This document shows, in pieces, positions 58,990-64,000 of a stretch of DNA of 64,000 nucleotides; positions within the stretch are counted from its first letter, which is position 1, and each line of letters opens with the position of its first letter. The DNA comes from Candidatus Cloacimonadales bacterium. GTDB taxonomy: Bacteria; Cloacimonadota; Cloacimonadia; Cloacimonadales; JAFGVF01. The notes beneath the pieces were generated by a model. The model made no database searches, was not told the origin of the DNA, and saw only the letters and a program-made list of their open reading frames with translations. The position numbers were made by a program, and so were the translations under genes. The stretch is taken from the NCBI GenBank assembly GCA_963677495.2, contig CAXXOU010000001.1:128001-192000 (forward strand), written 5' to 3'.

Positions 58990-59211
58990 TCCCCCAATCT
59001 TTCCATAATTTTTCCCTAATCTTTCCATAATTTTGCTCAAAATTTTGCTCAAATTTGCCTGCTTCTTCCCTTCCGGTTCCCGGACTAAGAAAGGTGTTTC
59101 AATGGTTACCCACAGGTGACCCTCTCGTGACCCTCTCGTGGAATGCCTCGATTTATCCACATCATGTGGATAAATTGAAAACATATGGAATACTTCTCAT
59201 AAGCACGGAAC
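58990..59211. repeat. Dispersed element copy C with upstream 11-bp-period tract
   Basis: TTCCMTAATYT-like units from 58990. 59058-59211 is colinear with 11014-11167. Perfect TTATCCACA-TCA-TGTGGATAA at 59153-59173. Confidence 0.85.
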
Positions 59212-59340
59212 TAGCACGGATCAAGTAGGCTCATGGAAAACTGGATATGATAGCAGAGATTGAACTGAGACGAGATGGCAGTAGATACTATCGAAATTAA
59301 TAGATTTAACAACAAAAATTGTCAAATTACGCATGAATAC

Positions 59341-59368
59341 TTGACATATAAAAACATGGATGTAGACT
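59341..59368 (+). promoter_or_regulatory. Putative sigma70 promoter
   Basis: TTGACA-16 bp-TAGACT upstream of a GGAGGA RBS and ATG 59398. Confidence 0.45.
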
Positions 59369-59397
59369 AATTGTAGTTTTATATTGGAGGATATGCT

Positions 59398-59859
59398 ATG
59401 AAGAGATTTATTATATTTAGTCTTTTCCTTTTTCTGGCAATTGTTACTCTTTTTGCTGAGATTGAAACTCAGTATGGTGATTTATTTGTAAATGTTTATA
59501 GTGGGAAAAAATATAGATTGAAATATGCGAATGTAGTATTGTTTAAGGATGGAACGAACACCCATATTGGTGGCTTGAGTAATGGAAAAGGTATGTGTAA
59601 AATCACTGAAATTCCAACAGGTATGTATGATATAAGGATTTCTAGAATGGGTTACAAAAATCAGATTGTAGATAGTGTTTTAGTCCAAGCTAATCATAGA
59701 ACAGCTATAGAGGTCCATCTGGAGAAAAGAAGTAAGAAACATATGCGCTATATTCATAGACCCTACCATAAATCTATACACAGATCACTACTTCGATACG
59801 CTAGGAAACCGGCAGTAGTTAAAATACTTCTTGATCAGATAGAATGGGAGAATAATTAG
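59398..59859 (+). CDS. Exported protein with carboxypeptidase-regulatory-like (transthyretin-like) domain
   Basis: Signal peptide, ANVVL...G...IPTGMYDIRISRMGY pattern. Confidence 0.7.
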   Translation: MKRFIIFSLFLFLAIVTLFAEIETQYGDLFVNVYSGKKYRLKYANVVLFKDGTNTHIGGLSNGKGMCKITEIPTGMYDIRISRMGYKNQIVDSVLVQANHRTAIEVHLEKRSKKHMRYIHRPYHKSIHRSLLRYARKPAVVKILLDQIEWENN

Positions 59860-59864
59860 ATAAT

Positions 59865-60542
59865 ATGAAGACCTACTCACTTAAACTATTAATAGTAATA
59901 ATGCTATCCACAGTTGCACTGATTGCAGAACAGCCCATAACAAAGGGTTACAGTTATTCGATTGGAGAATATAGAGTGTTTGTTAAACCGATGGCTAGAA
60001 ACTATTCCGGGTCAGGGAAACAAAAATGGGAATCTATTGATTCTGATGGCAATCCAATAAGTAAAGACCTCTACAGAATGACATTCGATGATAATCGGTT
60101 ATATCTACTTGAAAATGAGCTAATACTAAACAGCTATTCCTATGGTGAAATCAATCAGAAAGATAAAATCGAGATTATTAATAAAGTAGTCTACATTAAC
60201 AATACAAAAGCTGAAGGGAGACTTCTTTCGAAAGAGTTTCGTGTTTCCTTAAGCTCTGAGCAATACTTCTCCTCTGCGAAACTTGGTTCTCACACTGTCT
60301 TTGTAGCCCCTGGTCTGGGAATGACAACAACTGATATTGAGAAATTAATGGGGATCTATATCTACACCTATATAGTTGGGGAAACGCATGTTTCAATATC
60401 TAATGATTCCCTGTCTGTTAATGGCAAAGGTTATGGAAATCTGAAAGAGAACTCCATCATCATAATTGAGGAAGGAGAAGTATTCGTGAATGATAAGGAT
60501 AAAATTAAAGAGATTGATACAAATAGGATAACTGATTTGTAG
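59865..60542 (+). CDS. Exported hypothetical protein with two-fold internal repeat
   Basis: Signal peptide and two similar beta-rich halves. Confidence 0.6.
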   Translation: MKTYSLKLLIVIMLSTVALIAEQPITKGYSYSIGEYRVFVKPMARNYSGSGKQKWESIDSDGNPISKDLYRMTFDDNRLYLLENELILNSYSYGEINQKDKIEIINKVVYINNTKAEGRLLSKEFRVSLSSEQYFSSAKLGSHTVFVAPGLGMTTTDIEKLMGIYIYTYIVGETHVSISNDSLSVNGKGYGNLKENSIIIIEEGEVFVNDKDKIKEIDTNRITDL

Positions 60543-60771
60543 AATGTAAAGCGACCACCCTTGGTCGCACTGAAATGGTACAGTTCACCGATCAAGGGTG
60601 ATCGGTTTACATTGTACTGTGACTCTCCTGAGTTGCTGTGACGACGAAGTCGGCAACTTCCACTGACCGAAACTGTCAATGGCAGTGAGAAATGGTACAC
60701 GATGGCAGTGAAAAGTGGTACAAAACTGCCAACCTTTAAAAATGACTACTTCAAGACAGTTTGGAGTAGGT

Positions 60772-62247
60772 ATGATTGGAGTAGAAGTGTATCATTCAAT
60801 AAAAACTATGCATAAGCAAGGGCATAGTCAGCGTAAGATCGCAGAGGAGTTGTCTCTATCAAAGACAACAGTAGGTAAATACATAAATATGACACTTGAT
60901 GAGTTCATGGAACTAATAAACAATAGCATTCGTGAAAGCAGTTTTGCCATATGTGAGCAATATGTCCGCGAAAGGCTTAGCAAATATCCACGATTAAGAG
61001 CTAGTGTACTATATTTAGAAGTTAAGAAAAAGTTCCCTGAGATAAAAGCAAAAGACAGAGCTTTCCGAGATTTTGTTCGTAAGCTAAAGCAGACTTATCC
61101 TGTCGATAAATACCGTAATTATGCAGTAATCGAGACGGCTCCCGGTGTTCAGGTTCAAGTTGATCCAGGTGAGATGAAAGTAGTTTTGGGTAATAAACGT
61201 CAAAGAGTTTATTTTATAGTTTTTGTGCTTTCCCACTCGCGTCAAAGCTATGTCCATTGGAGCACAACACCATATAACACATCAAGGTTTATTGAAGCTC
61301 ATCGTGAAGCTTTTATCTATTTTGAAGGTATCCCTTCAGAGTGTGTTTACGACCAGACAAAGCTTGTAGTAATACAGGAACGCTATCGGGAAGTAATCTT
61401 AAATAATCAGTTCCATCAGTTTGCAGCAAAAACGGGCTTTCATCCTCATGTATGCGAAGGCTATGATCCACAAAGCAAGGGTAAAGTAGAGCGTAATGTC
61501 TCAGAAGTAAAGCATGGCTTTATGTATGGCAAAGAGTTCAAAGACCTGGCAGACCTGCGTTCACGCGGACTTGAGTGGCTTTTACACTTTAACGGCAGAA
61601 CCCATGGCACAACCCGTAAAGTACCATCAGAAGTATGGCAAGAAGAGAGGTTAAAGCTAAAAGATATTCCAGAGTTTATCTTCACTTTAGAAGTTCGTAA
61701 TGCAGATAAAACAGGCTTAATCTCGTATGAGGGTAATAAGTACTCTGTTCCATTAGAGTATCAGCGAAAACAGGTATATGTGCAAAAAGAAAAGAGCACT
61801 TTAGTGGTGATGGATATTTATACAAGAAAGGAAATCTGCCAACATGAGCTATGCACAGAAAAAGGCAAAATCATCAAAAACACTAATCATTATCGGGATT
61901 TTACGGTAGTGCTACAAGAGCTTATTGAGCGAGTAAAGGATGAGATGAGTGAATATATCCAAGGAGAAGAACTAATCCAGAGGCTTGTTAATGATAACCC
62001 TAAAATAGCAAGGGATCAGTTGAGAGCCTTAAGCAAGTTTAAGCGTAACTATGAAACAGATGTATGGGAGTCAGTGCTTCCTGAGGTAATGACTCTTTCG
62101 CATGTAAAGGCAACAGCCATAGAGAAGCTTCTGAATGCAAAAGTAAGACAAATGAAGCTAAATGAATTATCAGAATCAGAACCACAACAAGACTCAGAGA
62201 GTTCATTAATAGAGCGCTCATTAGATGACTACATGAAGGTGTTATAA
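60772..62247 (+). CDS. istA: IS21 DDE transposase IstA
   Basis: N-terminal HTH (SQRKIAEELSLSKTTVGKY), ETAPGVQVQVD, VYDQ, PQSKGKVER, YSVP. Confidence 0.95.
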   Translation: MIGVEVYHSIKTMHKQGHSQRKIAEELSLSKTTVGKYINMTLDEFMELINNSIRESSFAICEQYVRERLSKYPRLRASVLYLEVKKKFPEIKAKDRAFRDFVRKLKQTYPVDKYRNYAVIETAPGVQVQVDPGEMKVVLGNKRQRVYFIVFVLSHSRQSYVHWSTTPYNTSRFIEAHREAFIYFEGIPSECVYDQTKLVVIQERYREVILNNQFHQFAAKTGFHPHVCEGYDPQSKGKVERNVSEVKHGFMYGKEFKDLADLRSRGLEWLLHFNGRTHGTTRKVPSEVWQEERLKLKDIPEFIFTLEVRNADKTGLISYEGNKYSVPLEYQRKQVYVQKEKSTLVVMDIYTRKEICQHELCTEKGKIIKNTNHYRDFTVVLQELIERVKDEMSEYIQGEELIQRLVNDNPKIARDQLRALSKFKRNYETDVWESVLPEVMTLSHVKATAIEKLLNAKVRQMKLNELSESEPQQDSESSLIERSLDDYMKVL

Positions 62248-62248
62248 G

Positions 62249-62980
62249 ATGATAGAGATAACTAAAACATACATCAAAAGGGCTCGTTGTACTCATATTT
62301 TGAATACTCTTGAAAGTGCAGTTTTAGAAGCAGAGAAACAGAATATGACTTATCTGGAGTTCGTACATTATCTATTTGAAAAAGAGAACTCAGGAAGGAA
62401 TCAAACCAATATCAACAGAAGACTTAAACAGGCTCACATCCCGGTAATAAAGACCTTTGATGAGTTCGACTATGCTTATCAACAAGTAATAACCAAAAGA
62501 CAAGTAAAGGAGTGGAAGAACTTTGTCTGGCTGGAGCAGAGGAGGAATATAATTTTAATGGGACCTCCGGGAGTAGGTAAGACTCATGTTGCAACAGCAC
62601 TCAGTTATGAAGCAATAAAGGCAGGCTATAAGGTGGTGTTTTATAATCTGAACAACCTTATCGAAGAACTTGTACTAGCTGAAGCAGATAACAACATAGA
62701 TAAATATCTAAGCAATATAGCCAAGAATGATCTGATAGTTATAGATGAGATGGGGTATCTTCCTCTCCAGACAAAGGCAGCTAATCTGTTCTTTAGACTC
62801 ATCCATCTCTTATACGAATTTAGATCAGTAATCATAACATCGAATAGGTTGTTTAATGAATGGGGAGCTATTTTTAACGACAATGTGATAGCAACTGCTA
62901 TTCTTGATAGATTACTCCATCACTCACAACCAATTACAATGCTCGGAGACAGCTTTAGACTAAGGAATTTTCAAAAATGA
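62249..62980 (+). CDS. istB: IS21 helper ATPase IstB
   Basis: GPPGVGKTH, IDEMGY, IITSN, AILDRLLH. Confidence 0.96.
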   Translation: MIEITKTYIKRARCTHILNTLESAVLEAEKQNMTYLEFVHYLFEKENSGRNQTNINRRLKQAHIPVIKTFDEFDYAYQQVITKRQVKEWKNFVWLEQRRNIILMGPPGVGKTHVATALSYEAIKAGYKVVFYNLNNLIEELVLAEADNNIDKYLSNIAKNDLIVIDEMGYLPLQTKAANLFFRLIHLLYEFRSVIITSNRLFNEWGAIFNDNVIATAILDRLLHHSQPITMLGDSFRLRNFQK

Positions 62981-63905
62981 AGACTGTACCATTTTTAAAT
63001 GCCAAACTGTACCAATTTAAAATGCCATTGACACCGAAACTAAGAAATCAATCATACATTTGAACGTAGAGCTAAGTTCACGATTTTACATGTCATTACT
63101 AGTTCAGAGCACGATTTGCTTCCCGATTATAGCTCTATCGAGCTATGTGCAAGTGGGGACACTCGCACTACGACAAGAACGATCAAGGGTGATCGGTTTA
63201 CATTGTACTGCGACTCTCCTGAGTTGCTGTGACGACGAAGTCGGCAACTTCCACTGACCGAAACTAAGAAATCAATCATACATTTGAACGTAGAGCTAAG
63301 TTCACGATTTTACATGTCATTACTAGTTCAGAGCACGATTTGCTTCCCGATTATAGCTCTATCGAGCTATGTGCAAGTGGGGACACTCGCACTACTACAA
63401 GAACGATCAAGGGTGATCGGTTTATATTGTACTGCGACTCTCCTGAGTTGCTGTGACGACGAAGTCGGCAACTTCCACTGACCGAAACTAAGAAATCAAT
63501 CATACATACATTTGAACGTAGAACAAAGTTCACGATTTTACATGTCATTACTAGTTCAGAGCACGATTTGCTTCCCGATTATAGCTCTATCGAGCTATGT
63601 GCAAGTGGGGACACTCGCACTACGACAAGAACGATCAAGGGTGATCGGTTTACATTGTACTGCAACTCTCCTGAGTTGCTGTGACGACGAAGTCGGCAAC
63701 TTCCACTGACCGAAACTAAGAAATCAATCATACATTTGAACGTAGAGCTAAGTTCACGATTTTACATGTCATTACTAGTTCAGAGCACGATTTGCTTCCC
63801 GATTATAGCTCTATCGAGCTATGTGCAAGTGGGGACACTCGCACTACGACAAGAACGATCAAGGGTGCTTAACTTACATTACGGATTGAGATGTCCGAGT
63901 TATAT

Positions 63906-63936
63906 AAAAAGGTCTGCCCTTTCGAGCAGACCTTTT
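63906..63936. terminator. Bidirectional Rho-independent terminator
   Basis: AAAAAGGTCTGC-CCTTTCGA-GCAGACCTTTT. Confidence 0.8.
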
Positions 63937-64000
63937 ATTAGTTATATTAGATTCTCTATTTCATAAGAATCATTTTCTTAGATTTGGTATAAGTACCGGC

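Larger units (their letters stand above)
60674..63033 (+). mobile_element. IS21-family insertion sequence, complete (2360 bp)
   Basis: Terminal inverted repeats TGTCAATGGCA.../...TGCCATTGACA with internal repeated TGGTACA boxes. istA-istB. 7-bp target duplication CCGAAAC (60667-60673, 63034-63040). Confidence 0.97.
60589..63867. repeat. Tandem array of four 224-bp units, first unit interrupted by IS21
   Basis: CCGAAACTAAG recurs at 63034, 63258, 63482 and 63710 (spacing 224/224/228). The start of the array lies left of the IS at 60589-60673. The array begins and ends with CGATCAAGGGTG. Confidence 0.95.

Noticed and set aside
59153..59173. oriC
   Set aside because: Only paired boxes within a dispersed repeat, with no dnaA/dnaN/gidA context and no larger box cluster.
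827..60673. Composite transposon or genomic island carrying the interval
   Set aside because: The cargo is core housekeeping genes, and copy 2 has its own target duplication on both sides, indicating an independent insertion.
63034..63867. CRISPR array
   Set aside because: Units are 224 bp and near-identical throughout. There are no unique spacers and no cas genes.
63060..63966. Repeated 65-76 aa ORFs in the tandem array
   Set aside because: TTG starts without an RBS and no recognisable protein features. They are by-products of the DNA repeat, though translation cannot be fully excluded.

Overview
Low-GC bacterial chromosome segment. The lineage is probably FCB-related, such as Cloacimonadota (inferred from gene content only). 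It is bracketed by two nearly identical, directly oriented IS21-family elements: a partial copy at 1-826 and a complete copy at 60674-63033 with a 7-bp target duplication. The left part holds queH, ogt, a frameshifted recG, a DUF2089/DUF4097 operon, a DUF559 nuclease flanked by palindromes, a nuclease-DinG helicase, addAB-like genes and a PiT/DUF47 pair. A roughly 22-kb minus-strand run (proS to ffh) contains a PorU-like C25 peptidase, a PorV-like barrel, a lipoprotein, an SLBB protein and a Wzc kinase with 11 consecutive Tyr. These lie directly upstream of ispE-prs-rplY-pth-rpsF-ssb-rpsR-rplI. The right part holds an M14 carboxypeptidase with a sorting-type C-terminal domain, an MBOAT/SGNH pair, GH38, GH20 and an SNF2 helicase. 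The non-coding DNA is the most unusual part. It contains (i) three dispersed elements built on an inverted pair of DnaA-box matches plus 11-bp-period repeats, (ii) further 11-bp-phased arrays, some dyad-symmetric, (iii) REP/REPIN-like clusters, and (iv) four tandem 224-bp hairpin-rich units bounded by a 12-bp direct repeat and interrupted by the IS21. No rRNA, tRNA or CRISPR array was recognised. All calls are by eye, without database searches.
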